Assembly (NCBI RefSeq): GCF_009914755.1
Contig: NC_060933.1
Source of the DNA: the human T2T-CHM13v2.0 reference genome, Homo sapiens
Direction: 5' to 3' (one strand)
DNA length: 64,000 bases
The position numbers and the translations under genes were made by a program. Below, one piece after another: positions 1 through 28,083 of the stretch (the stretch's first letter is position 1; every line of letters begins with the position of its first letter). The notes under the pieces are model-generated. The model had not been told where the DNA came from and ran no database searches. It worked only from the letters and a program-made list of their open reading frames with translations.

Positions 1-690
1 CCATCCATCCATCCATCACCATCCATTCATCCATCCATCCACCATCCATCCATCCATCCATCCACCACCATCCATTCATCAATCCACCATCCATCCATCC
101 ATCCATCCACCACCATCCATCCATCCATCCATCACCATCCATCCATCCATCCATCATCATCCATTCATCTATCCACCATCCATCCATCCATCCATCACTA
201 TCCATCCATCCACGCATCCATTCACCACCATCCATCCATCCATCCACATCCATCCATCCATCCATCCATCCATCCACACCATCCATCCATCCATCCATCC
301 ACCACCATCCATCCATCCATCCACCACCATCCATCCAGCCATCCATCCACCTCCATCCATCCATCCATCCATCCACCATCCATCCACCATCCATCCATCC
401 ATCATCATCCATTCATCCATCCACCATCCATCCATCCATCCCTCCATCACTATCCATCCATCCACGCATCCATTCACCACCATCCATACATCCATCCACA
501 TCCATTCATCCATCCATCCATCCATCCATCCATCCATCCATCCATCCACACCATCCATCCATCCATCCACCACCATCCATCCATCCATCCACCACCATCC
601 ATCCAGCCATCCATCCACCTCCATCCATACATCCATCCCTCCATCCATCCACCATCCATCCACCATCCATCCATCCATCTATCCACTCAC
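1..690. repeat. Degenerate (CCAT)n/(ATGG)n tetranucleotide simple repeat, truncated by the window start
   Basis: Continuous CCAT units with CCAC/CATT/CAT interruptions. Confidence 0.97.
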
Positions 691-694
691 CTAA

Positions 695-4790
<4,096 letters not shown>

Positions 4791-4808
4791 CCCAGGCGTG
4801 GCGGCTCA

Positions 4809-7103
<2,295 letters not shown>

Positions 7104-7641
7104 TGTGATGGTGAATATTAAACCTCAACTTGATTGGATTGAAGGATGCAAAGTATCGTTCCTGGGAGTGTCTGTGAGGGTGCTGCCAGAGGAGATTCAC
7201 ATTTGAGTCAGCGGACTGGGAGAGGCAGACCCACCCTCAATCTGGGTGGGCACCAAACAATCCGCTGTCAGCATAAAAGGCATGGGAAGAGCAGACTTGC
7301 TGAGTCTTCCGGCCTCCATCTTTCTCCTGTGCTGGATGCTTCCTGCCCTCGAACATTGGATTCCAAGTTCTTCAGCTTTTGGACTCTCGGATCTACACCA
7401 GTGGTTTGCCAGGGACTCTCGGGCCTTTGGCCACAGACTGAAAGCTGCACCGTCGGCTTTCCTACTTTTGAGGTTTTGAGACTCAAAACCTCAGCCAGGA
7501 CTGGCTTCCTGACTCCTCAGCTTGCAGATGGCCTATTGTGGGACTTCAACTTGTGATGGTGTGAGTCAGTTCTCCTAATCAACTCCCCTTCATACATTCA
7601 ACTATCCTATTATTTCTGTCCCTTTGGAGAACCCTAATACA
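7104..7641 (+). mobile_element. HERV-L solo LTR, MLT2A family (length suggests MLT2A2)
   Basis: TG...CA termini (TGTGATGGTGAATATT ... GAGAACCCTAATACA), typical CAACTTGATTGGATTGAAGGATGCAAAGTAT head, near-identical 5-bp flanks CTGAC/CTGAG, 538 bp. Confidence 0.88.
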
Positions 7642-8189
7642 CTGAGGGAAACTAAAATAATGAGGTTAAACTTTAAAAAAAACAAAAAAAAAAAAAACCC
7701 ACACCAGCTGGGCGTGGCAGCTCATGCCTGTAATCCTAGCACTTTGAAAGGCTGAGGCAGGCGGATCAAGAGGTCAGGAGTTCGAGACCAGCCTGACCAA
7801 AATGGTGAAACCTTGTCTCTACTACAAATGCAAAATTAGCCAGGGGTGGTGGCGTGCACCTGCAATCCCAGCTACTCAGGAGACTGAGGCAGGAGAATCA
7901 CTTGAACCTGGGAGGCGGAGGTTGCAGTGGGCCAAGATCACGCCACTGCACTCTAGTCTGATGTCTTAGTCAAACTACCAAAACTGGCTGGGCTGAGCAC
8001 GGTGGCTCATGCCTGTAATCCTAGCACTTTGGGAGTCCGGGGTGGGACAGATCACCTGAGGTGAGGAGTTCGAGACCAGCCTGACCAACATGGAGAAACC
8101 CCATCTCTACTAAAAATACAAAAATTAGCCAGGCATGGTGGTTCATGCCTGTAATCCCAGCACTTTGGGAGGCCGAGGCAGGCGGATCA

Positions 8190-8937
<748 letters not shown>

Positions 8938-9186
8938 TTAAATTAAATGGAAATTTTTAAAAACTACCAAAAACTAAAGACAAAGAAAAAAAAATTTTTT
9001 TTTTTCTTTTAGAGACAAGGTCTCACTATGTTGACCAGGCTGGTCTCAAATTCCTGGCCTCCGGCAATCTTCCTGCCTCAGTCTTCCAAAATGCTGGGAT
9101 TACAGGCATGAGCCACTATGCTCAGCTACAGAAAAAAAAAAATTGAAAACAGTGAAAAAGAAAGAACCCTTATCAAAAAATATTGA

Positions 9187-9460
<274 letters not shown>

Positions 9461-9717
9461 TAGCCAGGATGGTCTCGATCTCCTGACCTCGTGATCCACC
9501 CGCCTCGGCCTCCCAAAGTGCTGGCATTACAGGCGTGAACCACCGCGCCCGGCCAAAAGTGGAACTAACATTTCAAATAAAATTATTTTTATTTAATTTA
9601 TTTATTTAGAGACAGAGTCTCGTTTTGTTGCCCAGGCTGGAGTGCAGTGGCACATTCTTGGCTCACTGCCACCTCCACCTTCCGAGTTCAAGTGATTCTC
9701 ATGCCTCAGCTACCTGA

Positions 9718-9885
<168 letters not shown>

Positions 9886-9888
9886 TGA

Positions 9889-10050
<162 letters not shown>

Positions 10051-11255
10051 TAATGTTTGTATTTTCAGTAGAGATGGAGTTTCACCACGTTGGCCAGGCT
10101 GGTCTCGAACTCCTGACCTCGTGATCCGCCCACGTCGGCCTCCCAAAGTGTTGGGATTACAGACGTGAGCCACCGCGTGTGGTCTTTTTATTTTTATCTT
10201 ATTAAATTTTTTGAGACAGGGTCTCTGGCTCTGTTGCCCAGGCTGGAGTACAGCTGCTTGATCCTGGGTCACTGCAACTTCGACCTTCCAGGCTCAAGTG
10301 ATCTTCCCACTTCAGCCTCCCAAGTATCTTGGAAAACAGCTACTTAGCCATACCTGATTAATTTTTATTTATTTTTTTTATTTTTTCCTTTGGAAACTAC
10401 TTTATTTTTTATTTATTTTTTTTTGAACATATGTATTTGTCAATATATTTTTGGCTGATGTGTTTACACAGGAAAAAATAATATTTACATACTCAAACCT
10501 CAGTTCAACATTTTAACAAAACAACATGCAGAAAAGTCTTCACTTCCTTTCTAAATACAAATGCTAGAATGTCGGAATCACACGTGGATGTTTTGAAAAG
10601 CGTGCTGAGCCTCCTCAAGGGTCATGGAGCTGCACATGCTACGACACCAAAGCAACTGGGTTTTGTTGGTTTTGTGGCAGTTGCTTATTAATATGTAATT
10701 TACATTCAGTAAAATCTGCCTTTTATTTTTTTTTTATTTTTTATTTTTAAATTTATTTTTTTATTGATAATTCTTGGGTGTTTCTCACAGAGGGGGATTT
10801 GGCAGGGTCATGGGACAATAGTGGAGGGAAGGTCAGCAGATAAACAAGTGAACAAAGGTCTCTGGTTTTCCTAGGCAGAGGACCCTGCGGCCTTCCGCAG
10901 TGTTTGTGTCCCTGATTACTTGAGATTAGGGAGTGGTGATGACTCTTAACGAGCATGCTGCCTTCAAGCATCTGTTTAACAAAGCACATCTTGCACCGCC
11001 CTTAATCCATTTAACCCTGAGTGGACACAGCACATGTTTCAGAGAGCACAGGGTTGGGGGTAAGGTCACAGATCAACAGGATCCCAAGGCAGAGGAATTT
11101 TTCTTAGTGCAGAACAAAATGAAAAGTCTCCCATGTCTACTTCTTTCCACACAGACACGGCAACCATCCGATTTCTCAATCTTTTCCCCACCTTTCCCGC
11201 CTTTCTATTCCACAAAGCCGCCATTGTCATCCTGGCCCGTTCTCAATGAGCTGTT

Positions 11256-12700
11256 GGGCACACCTCCCAGACGGGGTGGTGGCTGGGCAGAGGGGCTCCT
11301 CACTTCCCAGTAGGGGCGGCCGGGCAGAGGCGCCCCTCACCTCCCAGACGGGGCGGCTGGCCGGGCGGGGGGCCGACACCCCCACCTCCCTCCCGGACGG
11401 GGCGGCTGGCCGGGCGGGGGGCCGACACCCCCACCTCCCTCCCAGACGGGGCGGCTGGCCGGGCGGAGGGCTGACCCCCCCACCTCCCTCCCGGACGGGG
11501 CGGCTGGCCGGGCAGAGGGGCTCCTCACTTCCCAGTAGGGGCGGCCGGGCAGAGGCGCCCCTCACCTCCCAGACGGGGCGGCTGGCCGGGCGGAGGGCTG
11601 ACCCCCCCACCTCCCTCCCGGACAGGGCGGCTGGCCGGGCGGGGGGCTGACCCCCCAACCTCCCTCCCGGACGGGGCGGCTGGCCGGGCAGAGGGGCTCC
11701 TCACTTCCCAGTAGGGGCGGCCGGGCAGAGGCGCCCCTCACCTCCCAGACGGGGCGGCTGGCCGGGCGGAGGGCTGACCCCCCCACCTCCCTCCCGGACG
11801 GGGCGGCTGGCCGGGCGGGGGGCTGACCCCCCCCACCTCCCTCCCGGACGGGGCGGCTGGCCGGGCAGAGGGGCTCCTCACTTCCCAGTAGGGGCGGCCG
11901 GGCAGAGGCGCCCCTCACCTCCCAGACGGGGCGGCTGGCCAGGCGGAGGGCTGACCCCCCCACCTCCCTCCCGGACGGGGCGGCTGGCCGGGTGGGGGGG
12001 CTGACCCCCCCATCTCCCTCCCGGACGGGGTGGCTGGCCGGGCTGAGGGGCTCCTCACTTCCCAGTAGGGGCGGCCGGGCAGAGGCGCCCCTCACCTCCC
12101 GGAAGGGGCGGCTGGCCGGGCGGGGGGCTGACCCCCCCACCTCCCTCCCGGACGGCACGGCTGGCCAGGCGGGGGGCTGACCCCCCCACCTCCCTCCCGG
12201 ATGGGGCGGCTGGCCTGGCCGGGGCTGACCCCCTGCCACCTCCCTCCCGGACGGGGTGGCTGCCGGGCGGAGACGCTCCTCACTTCCCAGATGGGGTGGC
12301 TGCCGGGCGGAGAGGCTCCTCACTTCTCAGACGGGGCAGCTGCCGGGCGGAGGGGCTCCTCACTTCTCAGACGGGGTGGTTGCCAGGCAGAGGGTCTCCT
12401 CACTTCTCAGACGGGGTCTCGGCCGGGCAGAGGCGCTCCTCATCTTCCAGACGGGGTCGCGGCTGGGCAGAGGCGCTCCTCACATCCCAGATGGGGCGGC
12501 GGGGCAGAGGCGCTCCCCACATCTCAGACGATGGGCGGCCGGGCAGAGACGCTCCTCACTTCCTAGATGTGATGGCGGCTGGGAAGAGGCGCTCCTCACT
12601 TCCTAGATGGGATGGCGGCCGGGCGGAGACGCTCCTCACTTTCCAGACTGGGCAGCCAGGCAGAGGGGCTCCTCACATCCCAGACGATGGGCGGCCAGGC
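11256..12700 (-). repeat. SVA VNTR (GC-rich ~35-50 bp units)
   Basis: Repeated GACGGGGCGGCTGGCCGGGC...CCCCCACCTCCCTCCCG and CCTCACTTCCCAGTAGGGGCGGCC units. Confidence 0.95.
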
Positions 12701-12782
12701 AGAGACACTCCTCACTTCCCAGACGGGGTGGCGGCCGGGCAGAGGCTGCAATCTCGGCACTTTGGGAGGCCAAGGCAGGCGG

Positions 12783-12931
12783 CTGCTCCTTGCCCTCGGG
12801 CCCCGCGGGGCCCGTCCGCTCCTCCAGCCGCTGCCTCCCGGGCGGCGCTCGCCGGCGCGGCGGCAAAGACTGAGACAGCTCCGCTGGCCGCTGAACTCCA
12901 TCCTCCCGGCGGTCGGGCGGCGGCGGCTGCC
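12783..12931 (-). pseudogene. MAST2: Transduced fragment of MAST2 exon 1 at the SVA 5' end
   Basis: Minus strand reads QPPPPDRREDGVQRPAELSQSLPPRRRAPPGRQRLEERTGPAGPEGKEQ, which I recognise as the MAST2 N-terminus; it ends in CAG joined to SVA sequence CCGCCTGCCTTGGCCTCCC, the defining SVA_F1 splice junction. Confidence 0.9.
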
Positions 12932-12935
12932 TTAA

Positions 12936-17900
<4,965 letters not shown>

Positions 17901-18058
17901 ATCCAATTTAATGTTTACAATTTATTTATTTAAGAAAAAAATGTTTTGTAAAGAACTGTACCTGGGCCAGGCGCAGTGGCTCACGCCTGTAATCCCAGCA
18001 CTTTGGGAGGCTGAGGCAGGCGGATCACGAGGTCAGGAGATTGAGGCCATCCTGGCTA

Positions 18059-18388
<330 letters not shown>

Positions 18389-18648
18389 CTACTAAAAATA
18401 AAAAATTAGCTGGGTGCGGTGACATGCACCTGTGCTTCCAGCTACTCAGGAGGCTGAGGCAGGAGAATTGCTTGAGCCTGAGGGGTTGAGGCTACAGTGA
18501 GCTATGATCACACCACCACACTCTAGCCAGGATGACGAAATGAAACTTTGTCTCAAAAAGTAAATAAATAAAAACTGTACCTTTGGCTGGGAAATGGTGG
18601 CTCACGTCTGTAATCCCAGCATTTTGGGAGGCCGAGGTGGGTGGGTCA

Positions 18649-18930
<282 letters not shown>

Positions 18931-19886
18931 TTAAAACCCCAGACGGGTTGGGCTTCCCATTTTACAGCAGAGGAAACTGAGGTGTAGGGAGGTGCCTAGG
19001 TGTGTCTGACTCTAAGCTAAACACATGTTTTTAACCCCTGTGCAGTTCAGAGTCTCGTAAACCTCTGGCTCCATGTTCTCGTCAGGATCCCTCTGCTGAG
19101 AGCTCAGCGCAGGTGGCAGGGCTGGACACAGGAGATGGGGACGAGGCCCATGCTGTAGAAGGGGCAGATCTGGGATCTCACCCTAGACAGACCATCCAAT
19201 GGGAAGGGTCCGGGATTGCGGGACAGAAAGAGGAGACAAGAGAGCCAGGCTAGCAGCGCCCAGATGGACAGACACGTAGTCTCTGGGTGCGTTGCTGGAG
19301 GAGCATCCCACGATGGCTGGAACTGTCTGGATGCTGTGCCAGGCAGGCCAAAGTGGCCAGTCACATCGCAGCTGCTCTCAGCTCCTCTCGGCCACCACGG
19401 GCTCTGCTGAAGTGGCAGCCCTGAGCCGGGACACTCCCCACTCCCAACAGACATAGCTGGCGAGGAGGGCACTGCCTATAGGTGGCCTCCACAGGCTTGT
19501 GTGGGATCCCACACTGCAAGATTCTCCCTCAGGAAGGGAATCTGGGGACCCTGGAGAGACTGAGGCCCTTGAGGGATGAGCCGAGGCTGGAGGAGGGGAT
19601 GAGGCTGTGCGGGCAGTGTAGTCCCAGGACCATGGCTGGCTCAGCGCCAGAGGAAGGAAAGGCTGGGAAGGAGGCGCTGAGACTTGAGCCGAGGGGAGAG
19701 CCAGAGAAGGGGAGGGGAGGCTGTGAGGATGGACTTGCATCCAGGTCACATTGGGCTGGGCCCAGAGCAGTTTCTCCAAGTGTGGCCAGGAGCTTACAGG
19801 TGGCTGTTTAGAACTACAGATTCTGGTCTGGTGTGGTGGCTCCCGCTTGTAATACCAGCACTTTGGGTGGGTGGATCACGAGGTCA

Positions 19887-20177
<291 letters not shown>

Positions 20178-20742
20178 TCATTCTGTTGCATCCTGAAGTC
20201 TGAGAGGCACTTTGCCTAAGTGAGGAGCCCGGAAACGTGGCCCAGCCCGTCTGCAGCGACTTTTGCAAGGGTTCCCTCTGCTGCTGCCCTTCACCGCTTC
20301 CCGCAGGTCCTGCTCTCACCCAACTGGCCTAAAGCTCACAGTGTCTCTGCCTCTCACAAACAGCCCTGCAGGGTGGGACCCTGCCCACACCACCCGCCTC
20401 GTTTGGGGTGAAAGGCAGAGCCTGCAGAGACAAGTGTGTCCAGGCCCCTCCGAGACCCTGTCAGCCTTTGGGCACTGGGGTCCAAGTTAGGGTCCATCCT
20501 TCTACACTGCTACCCCCAAATGATGTTATTTTATTTTATTTTTTTATTTTTTTTGAGACGGAGTCTCGCTCTGTCGCCCAGGCTGGAGTGGAGTGGCGCC
20601 ATCTCGGCTCACTGCAAGCTCCGCCTCCTGGGTTCACGCATTCTCTTGCCTCAGCCTCCCGAATACCTGGGACTTCAGGTGCCTGCCACCACGCCCGGCT
20701 GATTTTTTGTATTTTTAGTAGAGATGAGGTTTCACCATGTTA

Positions 20743-20847
<105 letters not shown>

Positions 20848-21504
20848 TCATCCTTGGGCCTCCCTGACCTTCCCCAGCTTGGCACGAGGCAAAGGCCTCC
20901 AAGTCGGCCCAGTGGGGGTGGCTGGTCTCTGTGCCAGCTCAGCTGTCTCCTGGCTTCACGTCAAGGAGGGCTGTGAGCATCCCCCACCCACCTTGTCTGC
21001 ATCGTTCGCCCACCCTTCCCTGTAGCATGCTGGGTGGGGGTGGGGGTCAGCCCTACGCATACCCACCTCTCTGGCTGGATCTCCCCTGTGCCTCCAGCCT
21101 CACCCCACTGCCCCCACGCCCTGGCCTTTGCTGACACAGCCCGTCCTCACCCCAGAGGCCTGTGTGGTGCCTGCAGGGCAGCCTGGCTTTTCTGGCGCCT
21201 CTGGTTGAACACCACCCAGGAAGGGTCCCTTGATTTTCCACCAACTCGTCAGCATGGCCTTCCATTCCAGAACCTGGCACTGCATCCTGCAACTGTTGCC
21301 TGCGGGTCCGGCTCCCCCAGATGGAGCCCTCCCTGAGGGCAGGTACCAGGTGGGCCTGCTTCAGACCCACGACACCTGGCAGTACCTATATAAACACCAC
21401 TCCAGGGATGCGGGTGACGAGGTGAGGGGTGGGAACTGGGTTGATGGGAGAGATTTGTAGTGGTCTAGCAGCCCTGTGTATCACTCTTCTATTGTGGAAA
21501 ATGA

Positions 21505-22053
<549 letters not shown>

Positions 22054-23868
22054 TAACAACATGTCGCTGCCGTTGCTCTGTGGCAGGACTACCCAAGCTA
22101 CCTTATCCTTTTGGCGGCCGTGGACTGTTCCAGAATCCGGATGTCCCATGGCGTATTTACCTATTCCTCTACAGATGGACATTTGTCTCCAATGAGTTCA
22201 TCATTATAAATATTGCTGCCACGGACATCCTGGGGCAGCCTCAGGCCCTTCTGCAGGTGTCTCTGAAGGAAAGATTCCTGGGAGGGAACTCACAAAGGGT
22301 TGTATATTCTAAATGGGCACTGGGGCCAGTGCTGTAATCCCAGAACTTTAGGAGGCTGACGTGGGAGGATACCTTGAGGCCAGGAGTTTGAGACCAGCCT
22401 GGGCAACACAGTAAAACCCCATCTCTACAAAAAATTTAAAAAGTTAGCCGGGCATGGTGGTGCACACCTGTAGTTCCAGCTCGTCGAGAGACTGAGGCAG
22501 GAGGATCACCTGCACCCCGGGGGATCGAGGCTGCAGTGAGGTGTGACCGTGCCACTGCACCCCAGCTTGGGCAACAGAGTGAGACTTCATCTCCAATAAA
22601 CAAACCCACAGGCACTTGGGGTCCATCTTTTATTTCTGTCTTAGAAACCACGGTTGTGATTCAAATGACCTCCACGCTCTGGTAGTCCCTGCCTCTCTGG
22701 TTTCCGACAGCTTTAACATGAGACCCCAAGATGAGGAACTCAATGTCTGAGGTCAGAACTATCCAGGACCAGCCATGTCCTATGGACTGCACCTCCTCTG
22801 CCCGAATTCGAGCCTGCCCACCCTTCCCATAGCCCACCGTGCTGAGATCGGCCCCATGTGCCTGCCTGCCTGCCTCTAGCCGCTGGAGGCGTGGTGGGGT
22901 GGCTGCTCCCTGCCTCCAAGGCTGTCCCCCAAGCTCTGTTGGCCACTGGAAGACAGCTGGGAGTAGGGCCCAGGCTGACCGCCTTGGAGAAGCCTCTTCT
23001 GCCGCATTCGTGGAGATGCTCAGGCCTTAGCTGGTTTTGTGGGGAGTTAAAGACCGCAGAGGTATAGGGCAGGGGTGGGCAGATGGAGGGGCCGCGAGGG
23101 TCCTTGGGGGAGCCAGGAAGGAAGGGAGGTGCTGGGAGCCAGAGACCAGGCCAAGGCCTCCACCTGAGCCCGAGCCTCTCCTCTGCGTCAGCTTTCCTAT
23201 TTCAGGCAGCTGCTCCCCGCCTAGGGAATTCTCCGCGAGCTGTGGAAAATGCAGCAGGGCGGGCCCTGCGTCTGTGGCTTTTTCCTCTCTTCCTCAGCTA
23301 CCGCCCCAGGGCCCGGCCTTCAGTGCCTCGGGCTGGCGAGGGCCGCCCCCCTCAAGGCTGGTACGCGCTCGCCTAATCCCACGTCACCTCTTTCCTTAGG
23401 TTACTTATCCCCGTGGAGAGTGTGCTGCCTCTTAACCAAGTCAGGGAGCGCTTCTATTTTATCCCAAAGAAACACTTCATCACTGTGAAATCCCAGAAAC
23501 AATGGGAACAGGCAGTGGGGCTAAAGTGCAGCTGGGGGCGCAGGAGGGAAGGAACTGGGAGCGGGTGTCGGCGTGGAGGGCGGACCACAGAGCTGCTGTG
23601 GGGACAGCCGCTCAGGGATGATGTCCACACTTAGGGCCGGTATGACTTCCAGGAACACGTGGCTCCTGTGGAGGTCTGCAGAGCAGGGGCAAGCCCCAGC
23701 CTGTATGTACTTGGCTGTGTGACATTGGGCAGGTCACTGAGGCTCTCTGGGCCCCTCATTTTCCTCATCTACCAGAGCGTGGAGGTCTTTTAAATCATTT
23801 TCCTCATCTGTAAAGATCAGAATAGCTCCCACGTTTGGGACTGAATGAGGTGGTATCTAAAGTTCTTA

Positions 23869-24195
<327 letters not shown>

Positions 24196-24242
24196 TCACG
24201 CCTGTAATCCCAGCACTTTGGGAGGCCGAGGCAGGTGGATCA

Positions 24243-24659
<417 letters not shown>

Positions 24660-26741
24660 TTAAAAAATGACTCCTACAAACCACCACTGCACTGGCCACA
24701 CTCCTCCCACCCGGCCCTGTCAAACAAAACTAAACAAAACAAACTATAAGCCTTTGAAAAATCGCCTTGGCTCTTTGGGCCTCTGATTTCCACCTGGTCT
24801 GTCCCAGGAGCTGTATCTTTCACAGTGGTCTTTGCCGGGACCCTCTGTAACCAGTGGGATTATGCTGCCGCCACCAGCACCACCGAGAACCCGAGGTGGG
24901 GAGGGGATTTGCAGACTGTGCCAGGTGCAGCCTGGCTTTGGAAACAAGGGCCGCATTCCTGGAATTCTGGCTGGGAGATCCGCCCAGCTTGGCCTGACCC
25001 AAACTGGTGCCTGCATGGCTTCTGGGCACGCGCAGCTGAGCTCCCAGCACCACCTGGGGGAAGAGGGGGGCCGTCCCCGGGGACACCCTGGCCTGGAGTG
25101 GAGTGGAAGGTGGGGCAGGCAGACAGTCATAGGGACTTTTAAGCAAGTTTAACAGGTTTAAATCCCAACAGGAAGTGGAAGAGAACATGCCACCATTCAT
25201 TCATTGTGAGGGTCTTTATTGAGCACCTGCTGTGTGTCCCTCCTGGCAGGCACCGAGGTGGACAGGGTGTCCCTCTCTCATGAGCCCACAGTAGCGAGGG
25301 AGGTGGACAAGGGAGCGGCCCCTGGTGAGGGTCAGGATGCTGGCAAGGATGGAGGGGCCTTAAGGAAGGGACAACCCAGGCGATCAACCATCCGGATTTC
25401 TTTGGGATTGAGGGGCTGCCAGGGGCAGGGACTCCGGTTCTGGAACTGGGGCTGTGCCAGTCAAAGTGGAGTGTTGTCACTGCAGACAGGGGCAATCTAG
25501 AGGGGCCACCTTAGAGGATGGCCAGGGGAGCGGACGTGATGAATGGAGAACGAGGCTGGTGGGAAGGAGAACGGAGTGGAAGGAGAGAATTTGACACAAG
25601 GAAGAAACCACACAGTCCGTGTCAACAAGATGGGCTCCTCTGTCTACCCTGCTCTTTCTGTACCAGGGAGCTAAGGCCGGGGGAAGAAGAGAAGGACAGT
25701 GGTATAGTGAGGACTGGAAGTGGCTTTCTGGATACCTGGGTTGAGCGTGGCCAATCAGCATAAAGCTGTCAGGTGAAGGCCCACAGGGCCCTGATGGGCC
25801 CCTGTGGAGATCCTGGGGATGGGGGATGGTGACATGAATCCCCCAACTGGCTGTCCTGGCATAGTTACCAGGGGAAAAGGAATTTAACATAAAATCCCAC
25901 TGACCTGGGCTGGCAGGGAGCCATAGGATCTCCAGGCAGCAGCAACAGCTCCCTGCACAGTGGCCAGGTTGAGGTGGCCCACCAGCCTGGAAATCTGGTC
26001 AGCAGCTCCGGGAAACCCTGGGTCCTGGGCATTGCCCCGTCCCTCGGCTTCCTCCACCTTCCCGAATCAACTGCCATCGGAATCCGCTGCCCCCCAAAGC
26101 TCTGGGCTGGCCATGAAGGGGCCAGTGCTTCCGGGCTGCCTGCTTCGAGGACACCAGCACTCCTGCCACAGGCCATTCGTCCATCGCTGCCAGTGGCCCT
26201 CCCTCTCAGGGTTCGGCAGTCCACTGTCCCCGAGGAAATACTAGTTACTAGGTGACGACACGGTTCCTAAAACAGGCTGGTGTTCTGCATTCAGCCCTGC
26301 TGCAACCTCAGAGCCGTGCTGCCTGCTCCTGATCCCAGAGGTGCCGTCTCTGAAGAGGCCACCCCTGGAAGCACTGTCCTGCCTAGAGTCAGGGCTCACT
26401 TCCCTGGTTGTGCCCACTAGCTGTGGGTCCTTGGGCAGCTTCTCAACCTCTCTGAGCCTTGGTTTCCTCATTGTAAAAAGGAGATAATAAAGGCATCACG
26501 TCACAGGCTTGTTGGGAGGGTGCAAGGAGGTACTAAATGTGACAAACTGAATACAGTGTTGGGTGCACAAGTGCTCCTCAGTGCTACATGTCACTCCCAA
26601 CCTCCTGGGCCAAGTGCCCAGAGTGCTGTGATGAGGGTCAGACTCAACTCAGCCAGACCCAGGGGACACTGACCCAGGAATTACAATGGAAGATGTTTTC
26701 ACTGTGGAGGAGCTGGGGGCCGGAAGACTTGCCACGTTTAG

Positions 26742-27107
<366 letters not shown>

Positions 27108-27846
27108 TGACCAGGATGGTTTTGATCTCTTGTTCTTGTGATCTGCCCACCTTGGCTTCTCAAAGTGCTGGGATTACAGGCGTGAGCCACTGTGCCTGGC
27201 CAAAATGTTGTATTTATAAAAATTGTTTAGAGAAGGCTGGGCGTGATGGCTCACGCCTGTAATCCCAGCACTTTGGAGGCCAAGGCGGGTGGATCACCTG
27301 AGGTTAGGAGTTTGAGACCAGCCTGACCAACATGGTGAAACTCCATCTCTACTGAAAATACAAAATTAGCTGGGCGTGGTGGCGCATGCCTGTAATCCCA
27401 GCTACTCGGGAGGCTGAGGCAGGAGACTTGCTTGAACTCGGGAGGCCAAGGTTGTGGTGATCACCCCATTGCACTCCAGCCTGGGCAACAAGAGCAAACT
27501 CCGTCTCAAAAAAAAAGAGAAAATCCTCTAACCCCATTCAGCAATTTTTGCAATCCACCCCTGCCTGCAGTCATAGCTAAAATTCTGAAACCATATAACG
27601 CCAGCAAGGAAGAGAATTTAACAAAGGCAAGTAATTTGCTTTACTAAGTTTTAAATCCTCTTATATCCTACCAAACAGTTGTCAGCCTCAGGAAAAAATA
27701 TGGCAGGTGAAAACAGAAGAGAAAATAAGAATCACAGAAGAGGAACAAACACGATGGAGATTTTCAGAACATTAACTAGGCTTTGGCCACCAGCAGTGAC
27801 TTAGTAAATGGAACTGTTTCTCTGAACATCTTTTTTATTTTTTTGA

Positions 27847-28083
<237 letters not shown>

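Larger units (their letters stand above)
10371..12931 (-). mobile_element. SVA_F1 (MAST2-SVA) retrotransposon with 3' transductions
   Basis: On -: MAST2 exon-1 piece (12931-12783) joined to truncated Alu-like part, GC-rich VNTR (~12700-11256), SINE-R (~11255-10760) ending CCCAAGAATTATCAATAAA, then poly(A) tails and transduced DNA; no CCCTCT hexamer; 13-bp TSD TTAATTTTTATTT at 10358-10370 and 12932-12944. Confidence 0.95.

Noticed and set aside
169-686. 169-aa and 70-aa M/D/G/W-rich ORFs
   Set aside because: Translation of the (ATGG)n simple repeat.
11256-12700. Regular repeat units as a CRISPR-like array
   Set aside because: Human SVA VNTR; no unique spacers or cas genes.
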